Below, in pieces: positions 51,801 to 64,000 of a stretch of DNA of 64,000 bases. The position numbers and the translations under genes are program-made. Position 1 is the stretch's first letter. Every line of letters begins with the position of its first letter. The stretch spans positions 33,356,001 through 33,420,000 of the forward strand of contig CDPCPM010000180.1 of the NCBI GenBank assembly GCA_976551045.1. Direction: 5' to 3'. This DNA comes from Glaucostegus cemiculus (lineage: Eukaryota). The notes beneath the pieces are model-generated. The model had not been told where the DNA came from and made no database searches. It worked only from the letters and a program-made list of their open reading frames with translations.

Positions 51801-54800
51801 TAAGCATTTATGCATAGGAGGGTTCCTATACAAATCCAATTGGCATCTCATCCCCATCAAAGCTGGTGCTGTTAAAATCAAAGGTTGATAGGGTAAAAGC
51901 TGGAAATGAAGCCTTCATTTCAGTTGCTCTTCTACTTCATATCCTTTCCAGAAAATCTGTCATTAAGGAAATAAACTTATGAAAAGCACCTGATCACTTG
52001 AAGGCTCCTGTCAATACCAAGAATACCATGAAGTATACAATAAGTTGCAGTACCTCTCAATACTAAGAAGAATGATTAAGTACAAGCTTGCTCTTATTAA
52101 AGCTTCCTTATACATAAAGATGAGTTAAGTTGAAACACCAGACAGACAATTACCAATAAACCCTTGGTCTCTTAGTGCTGATATCAGCAGGCAGATTTAG
52201 GATGTGATTCTTTCAAAACAATATCGAGACGCATCAACTATTAGGTCAAGCTACCTGTTGTGTCATTATTGTGCATTCTGATGATTTCCGATATCCTCCC
52301 ACACTGGCAACTAAAATGATACTTTCAGCCAATTTCCTTCTTTGGTGAACATCCTGACTCCTTCCACAGTCTGCTTCTCATTCAGTCCTTCCACAACTAT
52401 GGCATCAAAACCTTGGTATTCACCTGTGCTAAGTATGGAATTTTGGAAATAGCGATCCAATGTACTCCCCAAGACCTTTGAGGATTTGTATCCATCAGCA
52501 CACTATTGTGAAGGTTGAATATGGTACCATTCAAGATTCCAGGAATGTTTAGGGTGGCCACTTTGTCCTGGATAGTATTGAGCTTTTTGAAAGCTGTTGG
52601 GGCTGCATTTGAGTCATGGAAATTTTGTGGCATTGCTCCCAGATCCATGGTGATTTGTTCCTGACTTGCTCCCAGTGTTCACTCATTCCATCTATGACCA
52701 TAAGTCTGAGGATCCTGGCTCTATCCAACTGAACTTCCCTCACACTGCCACATAGCAGTCCAAAACAACACGCATCCATGTACAGTTTATGGTCAGATGC
52801 CTTTAAGAACACAAGCCTGATGTTAATTAGCATGGTCCACAGGCATAGATATCCATTTACTAACAGTGGCTTACCACAGCTAAGATAAAATAGGTAAAAT
52901 TAAGTGCTAGCTATGAAAAATGCATACGAGTACTTGTACTAGGATCAAAATAAATTGTGTGCCAGCAACACTGGGATAAACAAATGTGGGTTACATGCAT
53001 TGCACCAGTTTACCATTAGAACTTCTAGCCACCACACTCCCACAATTAAACTTTCAGTGGCAAGCACATTGTTGTGCAGTAGTCATCACTTATGTTACCA
53101 CAGCTGCACTTGCAAAGGCAGCAGCACTTTTTCTTTTCGGCATTTATGGTGTGGAGCATGTGGACAAGTATTCCAAATACACTTCATTGCAATGCCAAGC
53201 CTAATAGTAAGGACTGCACCAGTGCAGTTTGTGAAGGAGCAGATATTTCTGACTGTGACTATGGATCACACACATATCTGCGTACGTGGAAACTAGAAGT
53301 TGCTGTATGGTTTACACCGTTATCAAGATGAAAGCTGTTATATTCAAATGTCAAATCCAGCAAAGAAAATGTAAAATAAGAGGAAAATACAGAATGGATT
53401 AAGACAGAAAAAAGAGAAAATAGAACAAAAATCTTACTTTTTCTTAAATTCTCCAACAGTAACTCAAGACTGAAGGACTGAAACTATACATTTAAATTTT
53501 CAGAGAGATAATTTAGCAGTGATTGAGACTTACTGCACTATTAAAAAAGGTACTTAGTCTGGAATGGATAAATATAACTTTGTCTGGTGAGTTCATAATA
53601 CCATAGCTTTAGAGCAACTTCAAGTTGATCAGCTGCAACATACTGTATTTATTTAGCAATTTTAACTTGGTTTAATGACTTAAGATATTTCACAGAACAT
53701 CATCAAAATTTGACACATTTAAGGGTGAAAATGTGGTAGGAGACCAAAAGTTTAGCAATGGTTTTAGGAAATGCCTTAAACAAGCTGAGATACTTAAGGA
53801 GGAAATTCTAGAACTGAGCCTTTGTGGTGAAAGACATGTCCACCAATAGTAGAGCAAATAAATTTAGTAATGGACAGGAGGGCAGAAGTAAAGGAATGAA
53901 AATACCTCCAGAGGTTGCAAGGCCAATGGGGGTGATACAGAATGCAGGAGAGAAACAAAAAAGAAATTTGAAAACAAATATCAGAATTTCAAAGCCAATT
54001 GCTCACCTGAGAACCAATCTACAGCGACAAGCAATGAATGATGGCTGAACAGGTAAGAGTTAACATGCTGACAGGAGCATTTTCCAGTGAGATTATGTTT
54101 ATGAAAGGCAAAAGTTGGGAGGTTGGCTAAAGGTACATTGGAATAGTTAATTCTAAGATAATAAAGGCATGGATGAGGATTTCAGCAGCAGGAACTGAGG
54201 CAGAGTCAGGTGAAATGACAGATGTGGAAATAGTCTTGACAATGTTGCAGATTTATGTTCAGAAACTCATCTCCGAGACAATGATGATAACAACATTGTA
54301 AATAGCCTGCTTCATCTTCAAAAAGCTGCCAGGGAAAAACTGGAATGCAATGTGGATTGGAGTCTGCAGTGGGATGAAGAACCACAGCCTTGATCTTCAA
54401 AACAAACATATGGAGTTGCAACTGAACAATGAATGCCTGTACTAGTTACCATAATCACACTGTTTTTGGAGGAGCAGGACATCTCAACACCACAAATTAT
54501 TTCAGATGCATGCATGGTCATCAGATGTCACTATCTAATTTTCATGTTAATTTTTCATCACTAAATCTAATCCAGTGACCCACAGATCTCAGGAACTAGC
54601 TTCATTGGTGTATTTTAATCCATCAGGTTTTTATTTTATCAGTACTGATACCAGGTTTAATTATTTTTCTAAGCATCAGATAGAAATAAAGGGCTGGCTT
54701 TGCCGTATAATTAAAGCTCCTCTGCTATACCATTTAATTTCACCATCTGGAGCTTGATACATGCTCTGTACACTTTCACGTCTGTAGCAGCCTCCATATT

Positions 54801-56680
54801 CCCATGTTACTAAATTGGTTATGCATATGGTGTTGTTGAGACATCTTTAATAGCCCTGTGGATTGAGTGCCACAAAACATCATTTTATATCTCATGAAGA
54901 AGCAAAGCCCTGTACACACATTACATTCATGATCACTTGAAAGATGAAATATTCAGTTACAATTCCTCAATGTCTGACATCATCAGCTTTGGTTAAAATT
55001 GAAATACGATATATTATTGGACTAATTGCATCACTTATTTAAAGTGAAAACCAGAACAGCGAGGATACTAGAAGTCAAAGTCACATTTTATTTTACCCAT
55101 TCATATAAATGATTCAATGTATAGATGTAGAAAGAGAGACTCTGGGAGAGAGTATGAAAATTTTATGTTCATAAAATTTCTAACGGTACCAAACAAAGTA
55201 GAATCACATCGCATTCTTTACTTTCGTATTCTATATAATGCTATTTTATATTCAAAATTGCTACAATTACCATGAGCTTAACTGGGCCATCATCGAACAG
55301 TGAAATACTGAAACACATATTTGTCATGTCAGGTTACTGTAGAAAACTGGTTATATTACTCAACCAGTAATCCAGAGGCTGGTCTAATGAATCGATGAAA
55401 CAAATTCAAATCCTAACATAGTAGTTGGGGAGTTTGCCAGCATAGGTTGTAATAGAAATCATTAAGACCATCAAGCATTAAAAAAATTGTAAGTTAATCA
55501 GTTTTAATCATACTGTTGAATGAAAATAGAATTACAATCTCTTGCCTATTAAACAATTGAATGTCTTGCTCTCTCATGCTCTGTCTCTCTTCCTTTCTGA
55601 AAACTCATTCGACTAGTTACAATACTGCTACCCATTCTTTGACTGGGTGCAATGGTTTACTTAAGTTCTGAATATGACTTTATCCTAATTTTACTTAGGA
55701 ATCTCATTTTAATAACAATACATTCCTTTGCCTAGCACTGGACAATTGAAGCACAACCTTGATGATGGGTGGGATACATAACAGCTGAAAATCAAACAAG
55801 TTTTCATTAACTCACGTTAACAAAGTTAGCAGTTTAACATGGTGGAGTTTAGGACTATACAGAATCCTTTGTTTCAATTATTGAGCTGTATTTAGAACCT
55901 TGGTGTGGTTGAAACTCACAACACTTGGCTGTCCGTAGGAATCAGGATGGAGGAATGGGTAATGTGATTGTTCATATTTTTAATGTGATTTCTTTTATAT
56001 CAACAGACAAAAATAACATTAAAATTAACATTTTGATTAACATTTACAAATAAATGCATCTGTTAACTGCAATAAATTGATAATGCCAGTAACAATAAAT
56101 CTACCAGACTGGCATTGAAAACCTATCTTGTTCATTACTTTTCTTTAAGGAATGAAATCTTCTGTCATTACTTTATCTGGCCTATTTGCTTCTTTGGAAT
56201 AATGACAAGTTAATGGCTTTTAACTCTGCTCTAAAATAGCTTTGCATGTCACTTGTTTCAGGGACAATTAGGATGCCAGAGAATCTTGCATTCCATGAAT
56301 GAATAACATACACTAAAAAAATACCTTGGCTAAATTAAAGCAGCATGAATAATTGTTCTGCTCAGCCCATACTGTAAACAGAACAGAATGCATTTGTTTG
56401 AGGTTTTGTAAACATTTAATGCAGTAATTGCAGGCTTGTTGTTAATATTTAGGATAGCTCATTTTTGTCAGCTAGCTCAGCAATATCATCACATGAATCC
56501 TTATGACAAAGTTTGCTTGACATTAATGGGGTTCTAGCATAACTAACAAATGAATGGAAAATGTATTACCGTGACATACCCTCCTTGACATTAGGCTTCC
56601 TGATCCAGTGCACAGAAATTTCAACCAATGGATTGGAATGGACTTTATTAATGAAGGTATTTTGTATGGTGACTCTTTAC

Positions 56681-56836
56681 CTGGCATGGTCTTTTCATTC
56701 TTATTGCTACCACATGGTATCTGTAACAGCAAATCTCACAGCTCCATGACCCTCTTTCACTAATCCATTTCAAAAGGCATGGCTGATGGGAGTAGCGTAC
56801 TGAGCCATCACATCGGCAGGGACTCAGCAATTCACC
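56681..56836 (-). CDS. MARCHF11: MARCHF11-like, exon 2 (RING-CH)
   Basis: [52 protein letters not shown]; ag/gt boundaries; 156 nt, phase 0 at both ends. Confidence 0.93.
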
Positions 56837-57147
56837 CTTGGAGGTACAAAAGGAAACCAAAGTTTATTGAAGGTGTAACAAATTACAACATGGTTAACAT
56901 CAGCCAGTATAAATAGTACAGATGACCACATGGACCAAACATATCTTCAGATTTCATTTTATTCTCAAAGTATGCTTTAGAACATGCTTTGTGGATAATG
57001 TTTGTGTCACTTTCATTGCATACTTTTGTTCCCACCGAGTTTTGAAGACTGGTAGAATGCAAGCAGTTAAATCCTTTTAATTGACATACAAGTGTGAAGT
57101 ACCTTTTAGCTTAAACACAAACGCTGTAAGTGCTAGGAATCTACAAT

Positions 57148-57345
57148 AATAACAGAAAATGCTGCAAATACTCAGTAGGCCAGGGAAAATGTGTAGAGAC
57201 AGAAACAGAATTAATATTTCTAGTCAATAAGGTTTCACCAGAGCTGTTCTGATGAAAGCTATCCACCCGAAATATTATCTCTGTTTCTGTCCCAACATAA
57301 TGCCGTCTGACCTGATGAGTATGTCCAGTGTTTTTGATTTTATTT
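57148..57345. repeat. Imperfect palindrome of Penelope-type terminal repeats
   Basis: gacagaaacaga..taatatttc on the left pairs with gaaatatta..tctgtttctgtc on the right; centre near 57245. Confidence 0.7.
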
Positions 57346-57942
57346 TACATTTTCTTGTTTTAGAGAATAGAGGACTGCAGTCTTGTGATCATTATGAGGT
57401 ATGCGTGTAGTTATTTATAATTGATTAACCATACATGAGGGAATAATTTTCCAGCTAGTCATTCTTTTACATGCTTAATTCCTGACCTCAACCAAGTGTC
57501 AATCTTACAAACAGAAAATAGAAATAAAATCACAATTATGCAGCATTCTTCATAAATCAGGCAACATTCTTGCTAAAAGTGAACTTACCCTGAAAATCAG
57601 GAGTGCGCACAACACCCCAATGCACTCTTTTCAGTTTAAATGCATACTATGTGCATTCAATGCGTCTCTCTAAAAGGAGTTACTTAAATTACTATGCACA
57701 CTGCTGCTGAAAAGTTAACAATCAACTATTTGCAATTAACTTCATAAGATCTCTGTCAAACTTCATGGAATCCCAGATACATTAGGTACTTGCTATGAGG
57801 CATTTCTGGGGTTGTGGAATATCTGCAATACACATAAAGTAATTGACCTGAAAATCCACATCAAGAAGTTAAACAGTCCTATTTCTTATTTATTCAGTCC
57901 TTTAACTATTCCATAACCATTGTAGACCTCAGTGAATTGATG

Positions 57943-58390
57943 TATTGGTATTGGTTTATTAGTGTCACTTGTACCAAGGTACAGTGAAAAGCTTGTCTTA
58001 CAAACCGATCGTACAGGTCAATTCATTACACAGTACAGTTACATTGTTAGTACAAAGTGCATTGATTAGTACAGTAAAAACAGTAACAGTACAGAGTAAA
58101 GCATCACAGCTACAGAGAAAGTGCAGTGCAATAAGGTGCAAGGTTTCAACAAAGTAGATCCTGAGGTCATAGTCCATCTCATTGTATAAGGGAACCGTTC
58201 AATCGTCTTATCACAGTGGGGTAGAAGCTGTCCTTAACTCTGGTGGTATATACCCTCAGGCACCTGTATCTTCTACCCGATGGAAGAAGAGAGAATGTCC
58301 CGGATGAGTGAGGTCTTTAATTATGCTGGCCGCTACACCAAGACAGCAAGAGGTAAAGACAGAGTCCAAGGAGGGGAGGCTGGTGTGGTG
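57943..58390 (-). mobile_element. Rex1 3' fragment
   Basis: Reverse complement of 19400-19810. Confidence 0.85.
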
Positions 58391-58519
58391 ATACGTTTGA
58401 ATAAAATCTCTATGTTGGGTCCTGCTGGCTGTTCGTTCTCAATATATCCTAAAAAATACTTACATAGTTACTCTGCCGCATCATATTCTGTCTGGGTAGA
58501 CTACGACCCAAAGGCATGA

Positions 58520-59000
58520 ACACTGAGTTCTCCAATTTCGGGTAAATTGCCCCCCCAATCCCATCCCTTTTCTCTGTCCTCCTGATCTACCCAGTTTCTC
58601 CTACACCCACCCGGCATCCATCACCCTGTTCTTTCTCTTCCTCCGCCCACTCCATCTGCCCATCACCCACAGCCTCCCCCTACTGTTCCCATCTGCCCTC
58701 CCCACCTCCCTTATTTGATTCCACCTTCCTTTCCTATCAGTGTCTTCCATCTGTAGCCCTTTGTCACCTCCACCTATCACTTCCATCTTCCCTCCTCCAC
58801 CTGCCCATCACCTCTCCTCACCTGGATCCAACTATCGCCTGCCAGCTATTGCTCCACTCCTTCCCCTCACCTCTTTATATCAGCTAGCTCCCATCTATCT
58901 TTCAGTCCAGATGAAGGGTCTCAACCTGAAACATTGACTGTCCATTTCCCTCCACAGATGTGTCCTGACTCACTCAGTTCCTCCAGCTTCTTGTTTGTTA
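58520..59000 (+). mobile_element. Penelope-derived element end with hammerhead-like motif
   Basis: Pyrimidine tract, then CAGTC-CAGATGA-AGGGTCTCAACCT-GAAACATT-GACTG (58903-58940). Confidence 0.65.
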
Positions 59001-60049
59001 CTCTGTGACCATAGTGTTTACAATCACAGCTTATTCAGTTTTCCATATGATAGCGCATTTGTTCCCTTACTCATAACTTACCAATCAAGAATTGTTTTCT
59101 TCCTCTGAATTTTGAACACGTTGATCTATTCAGATCATACTGCCTTATTACACATATATTAAAGCCACTTTTTTTGTACAATTGTAGCATATACTTTATT
59201 GGCTAGAAATTAATATTGCACAACCTTGTGAGCTACACTGGTGAATTTTGTGTGCAAGTTGCACAGTTACAATAAACTCATGATACTTATGCAGCCAGCA
59301 AGACTGCACCCAACTTTTCCACATTCAAAACAATAGAACATGCAGGATATTTAGTGGACAGAGTGCACACAGACAACATCTATCAGAGTCTAATGCATCA
59401 GCATCACCAGTGAAATTACATCACGTTTGTCTGATTAAAGATTTTACCTCACTGGTTAAACTTCCTCCTTATTGTAGCATAATTGCTTCTGCATTTTGTT
59501 TCTAATCTAACAACATTTTCTCTCCCCCCCCCCCATGTGATCTATAAAATGCTCCTAATGAAGTACCATCTCCTTTCTTATTCCCAATAGATTCTGTTTT
59601 AACATTGCTAAATTGGCTTGATTTTCCGGTTCTATCTTTCTTGATAACCAAAGATTTCCTGCTTCTAGCTTTGCTCAAGCTCAGACTAATGCATCTCTTA
59701 ATATTATCCACGATATTACGATTGAAATATAACTGCAGCGTGAACCTTAATAAGTACAAAGTGAACACAGCACAGAAATTATTAAATACATGTAAATGAG
59801 CGATGTTGAGCCTGATGTGATTTGAGAATCTGCCTTTCCATTGGTTAATTATCAGAATCTGTTAGAATAATATCAATATTTTTCAGATAAACGCAGCATC
59901 AGCGTAATAATCTAACTACGATTCCCTTGCAGATATCTGAAAATGGCTAAAATTGATCCCAGGCAAGTGTAGATGTCTCTGTTGACGAAAAGGCTGGCCT
60001 TGCTCGCTGTGTAGACGACTGTCAAGACCTTTCGCTGAGTTTAAGACGG

Positions 60050-61190
60050 GGCCAGTCCTTGTAAGTTGCATGTGGTCAGCCTCTTGAAAAAGGGTGGGGA
60101 AATGAACCGGCGGCGCTGACCAGGGTGCTGAAAGCGATCTTCGAGCCGCATCGACCCGCTGTGCAAAGTGCGTCCAGCCACACGGGTGTCAGAGACGGCC
60201 AATATGTTAAAATGCAACATCTCCCAGCTGTTGCATAAGTTGATCGAAACATATATAAAACAAATGCAATGCTCAGGTGCAGGAGGCAGCCCATTCATTG
60301 GTAATTTTATGAATGAAGGTGCATTTTGGGCGGGAAGTGTCACCTTGCAAACCGATGCAGCCTGCGGGATGTGCACCGCTGATTTCGCAGGGACGGCGTG
60401 GGGCGCGGATTGCGGAGTCCCCCTCCCGGTGCCCCTTACCTGCTCGGAGCCCTGGAAGCAGATCCTGCAGGTGGGGGTGATACCCCCGTTGCGGCAGCTG
60501 CCGTTGCTGCTGCACACCGACTCGGCGTCGTTGGCGGCCGTGCCCGGTTGCTCGCGGGCCCGCTCCTCCTCCCGGTCCAGCCCGCCGAGCTCCCTCGCAT
60601 CCCCGCCGCCCGCTCCCTCCTTCTCTTTCTCCTCCGCCTCCTCCTGCTCGGGGCCGGCCGCCCGCGACCCTCCGTCGAGAGCGCCCCCGTCCGGGCTCGG
60701 GTTCGGGCTCCGGGCGGCGGACGGCGCTGCCGGCGGCGGCCCGGTGCCGCTTCTCTGCTCCCGCTGTTGCTGCAGTTGGAGCGGCAGTCGCTGGCTCATG
60801 GCGTCGGGGGCGGCGGCGGGGACCCCGGGGCCTTAGCGGGGGGGGGGGGGAATAGGTTAGTCAGAGGCGCGAGCAGGAGGAAGGCGGGGCCCGGGGCTCC
60901 GCTCTCCCTCACGGAGAGCCGGCGGCTGCGGCGGTTTGAGCGGACGGTTTCGCCTCGCCCGGAAACCCCCGGGTTCAGATCATCACAGCCGCGGCGCGCG
61001 CGAAGGGGCCGCGTCACACTGGCGCCTCGCGCTCTGGAACCCGCCGCCCGGGGCTCGAGCGGCGATTCAGCGCGAGCCCGGCCACCATTGTTTCGTCACA
61101 AGCGGGGTGGGCGGGCGGGGGGAGACTGGGCTCGCGAGACCCGCCGCACGCGGGGCCGCTTCAGCCCCGACTCGCTAATCGCCCCCTTAA
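60050..61190 (-). promoter_or_regulatory. CpG island and promoter of the MARCHF11-like gene
   Basis: Very GC- and CpG-rich against a CpG-depleted background; GC boxes (gggcgggcggg near 61110) and CGTCA half-sites near 61013 and 61095. Confidence 0.85.
60440..60799 (-). CDS. MARCHF11: MARCHF11-like RING-CH E3 ligase, exon 1
   Basis: gacgccATG start context; low-complexity N-terminus ending CRICFQGSEQ; donor CAG|gtaagg; 120 codons. Confidence 0.88.
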
Positions 61191-61194
61191 ATCC

Positions 61195-61640
61195 CCAGAC
61201 AACACCCCTCCTCTATACACCCCCATCTTCATCACGCCCTGCCTCCTATATACCCCCCAAATCATATTCCCAATAACCCTCATCCTCCCCTCCCATCTCT
61301 GAGCCCATTACACCCTCTCCTAACCCCCACATTCTCATAGCTTCCTCGTGTCTCCTCTCCCAATTCTCAATAGCCATCTCCCCAATTTTTCCCCAGTTTC
61401 TCCTATCTCGCTCTCCCCATAATTCCCTTATCCTCATATCACCCTCCCTACCTTCTTTCCCCAGTTCTCCATAAGTCACTCTCCCCGTAACTTCCAGATC
61501 CTCATAACTCCCTTCCCTGCCCCTACCAACCATGCCTTTGTGCCCTTGTCCCAATGGCGGCTTCCTTGCCTATGCACCTTCCTCCCAACTCCCCAATATT
61601 TCCACCAAACCGCCATCCCACCCTCCCCAGAATGTTTCAT
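61195..61640. repeat. C/T-rich low-complexity tract upstream of the promoter
   Basis: Almost no G on +; recurring ccc/ctcc/ccca units. Confidence 0.7.
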
Positions 61641-62394
61641 CCTTCCTCTGTTAATAGATTCCATATTACTCCTGAAGAGTGGGATATTTCCAATTTCAGC
61701 TTCATCTTCTATGCTGCACTAATGATATGCCTCAGCTCAGCACAGTTAATTGTATGCACAATTTTCCATGCCTTCAACCCCATCTGAGTAACCTTAACAG
61801 CTGTGCAAAATTTAAATTCAACCTAGGCAACCAATGCTAAACATCAATATTTATTGCAACACTGGAAAGGTATGCAAATCAAACTGAAGAAAATTGTGTT
61901 TGATCACTAGCACTGAACTAGCGCAATAATATGGTGTATTCCTGCTGTATTCTGAATAGCCAGCTCCAGTTAAAGTCATTGGAACTGAATGTCAACAGAA
62001 AAGTACAATAGATGGCACCTGTTCACCATCAGTAACCAATTTTAAAAAGCAGTAACTTGCAATTATACAGTACTTTTAGATGCGTGCACACAGGAAATGA
62101 GGAGGCAACCCATTTAGTCCCTCAAGTTTGCTTGGCCATTAAATAAGATTGTGACTGATCTGATCCTGGCCTTGGCTCCATTTTCTTGCCCATTGCCCCC
62201 TAACCTTTGATTGTACTGTAGATGAAAAATCTATCTTTGTTGGTGTTGAATCTATTCAATGATGCAGCCTTCTCATTTCTCTGGGGGGTAGAGAATTCCT
62301 CATCTCCATCTGAAATGATGCCTCCCGTCCATCCCCACCCCCACGCCACAGCTCTTCATTCCCCAATAAGGGGAAGCATCCACTTTCGCAAGGG

Positions 62395-62860
62395 ATCAGG
62401 CCCTGAATGTGTACCTGGCCGGGCACTGAAAATTTGTACCGACCAACTGTGGAGTGTTCAAGGACATCTTCAACCCCTCAGTGCTGCAGTCTAGGTTCCC
62501 ACCTGGTTCAAAAGGCCAGCAATCATACTGGTGCCCAAAAAGACTAGGGTAAGCTGTCTCAATGACCATTGCCCTGTAGCACTCACATATACTGTGATGA
62601 ACTGCTTTGAGAGGTTGGTTATGGCTACAATTAACTCCTGCCTGAGCAAGGACCTGGACCAGCTGCAATTCACCTACCACAACAGGTCTACAGCAGGCAT
62701 AATCTCATTGGCTTTCCGTTCTGCTTGTGAGCACCTAGACAACCGCAAAACATATGTCAGTCTGCTGCTTATCGATTACAGCTCGGCATTCAACACCACT
62801 ATCCCTCAGTATTAATCACCAAGCTTCAAAACTTGGGCCTCTGTACCTCCCTCAGCAACC
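62395..62860 (+). mobile_element. Rex1/Babar RT N-terminal fragment
   Basis: PKKTRVSCLNDHCPVALTYTVMNCFERLV; LLIDYSSAFNT. Confidence 0.88.
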
Positions 62861-63134
62861 CTCAAAAGCTTATACAACACAATAACATCACCTCTCATTC
62901 AAATTAACACAGGCCCAACCTGTTCAACCTCTCATTTATCGATGTTTTCATTCCCAGGAGTCAACTTCATGAACCTCCTCTGCATTGCCTCTGCATCCTT
63001 CCTTAAATTTGGAGATTAAAGTTATTTGCATGAGCCACTGCTGTTTGGTTGAGTTCTGCCTTCAATAACATATTTTGTAGTAGTTCTGTTATTTGCCTTA
63101 GTTTGCAGCAACACTAAAGAGACTTACAGACTTT

Positions 63135-63460
63135 ACAAGAGGGCAAAGGAAGAAGCCAGTTGGAGACTGGGTGACCATTTTGCAGAACAACTCCATTCAG
63201 TCTACAATAGTTATCCTGAGCCTCCAATTTTCTCTCCCACCTCCCTGTATTTGGCCTCTTACAAAGCCCAGTGTAATCTTGGGGATCAGCATCTTTTCTT
63301 TCTAAGTCCTCTGTTTTTACACTTTGAATTCAACAATTTCAGAAAAGTAACCTTTCCAGTTTGCAACAGAACTATCTGGTTCCGATGAAAGATCAAATTT
63401 GAAACAGCAACTTGGTTTCTCTCTTTACAGATGCTGCTTGATGATTTTCCTGATGTTGTC
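63135..63460 (+). mobile_element. Penelope-like element, decayed GIY-YIG end plus terminal repeat
   Basis: agactgggtgaccattttgcagaacaactccattcagtc translates RLGDHFAEQLHSV, followed by ttgaattcaacaatttcag and ccgatgaaa...gaaac. Confidence 0.65.
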
Positions 63461-64000
63461 CAGTTGACAGAAGTACCACCAATTGTAGACTTGTTAACAA
63501 AGTCACAAGTAGAAGTGACTGAATGGATACAAATTGACTAGATTGACTGGAACAGACTGGGAAAGAAATCCACCAAGGTCCTTACTACTTATTTCTCCAA
63601 TGATGCCCCTCCCTTTGTAAATCATTCATAGCATTATTGATAGGCTGGGACTAAGTGATGTTCTTCTCAGCCCAGAAAGAATTTAATCACATGACGATAT
63701 GGACAAAGTGCCAGGGCAAAGATGGAACCTAGAAAACTGTACACCAGCATGAACCCAATAACTACAAGAGAGCGAGAGAGAAAGATGAGAGAGTGAAATA
63801 GATGATTTCTGCTTTGATGCTTGTTCACAGGACATTTCAAGTAGACTGACAAGTTGTAGATTCTCATGTTATTGAGGTTACTTTTAAGAGTAAAAGATGC
63901 AGATAGACTTTTCCATTAATTACAGAAGAGAAGATACAATTGTAATGAGGCAAAACCTTCAGATGAACTGCTCATATGGTTATAGCTATTGGGTGTTCCA

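Noticed and set aside
60041-60439. C-terminal half of the 252-aa ORF
   Set aside because: Read-through into intron 1 past the CAG|gtaagg donor; the RING-CH continues at 56836.
60398-61276. 292-aa + strand ORF (and 222-aa ORF 60168-60836)
   Set aside because: Antisense shadows of the GC-rich MARCHF11 exon 1 and CpG island; low-complexity composition and no recognisable domain.

Overview
Vertebrate genomic DNA, most likely from a cartilaginous fish (inferred from the CR1, Rex1/Babar, Penelope and HE1/Deu-type SINE repeat content). It holds three spliced protein-coding genes. (1) The last two coding exons of a TMEM108 (retrolinkin)-family gene on + (5112-5266, 14916-15032). (2) A complete, strongly diverged ASB1-like ankyrin-repeat/SOCS-box gene on - (26328-25657, 21686-21500, 18678-18545; 330 aa); its SOCS-box exon is absent from the ORF track and was translated by hand. 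(3) A complete 4-exon MARCHF11-like RING-CH E3 ligase on - (60799-36487; 344 aa) with a CpG-island promoter. The rest is mostly nested retroelements, including a near full-length CR1, two solo LTRs, an inverted Rex1 pair and several Penelope-derived hammerhead-ribozyme relics. There is a 149-N assembly gap at 3440-3588. The most interesting hypothesis is that this block of TMEM108-like, ASB1-like and MARCHF11-like genes preserves duplicated paralogues lost in mammals. Family calls rest on recalled protein motifs, not database searches, and repeat boundaries are approximate.
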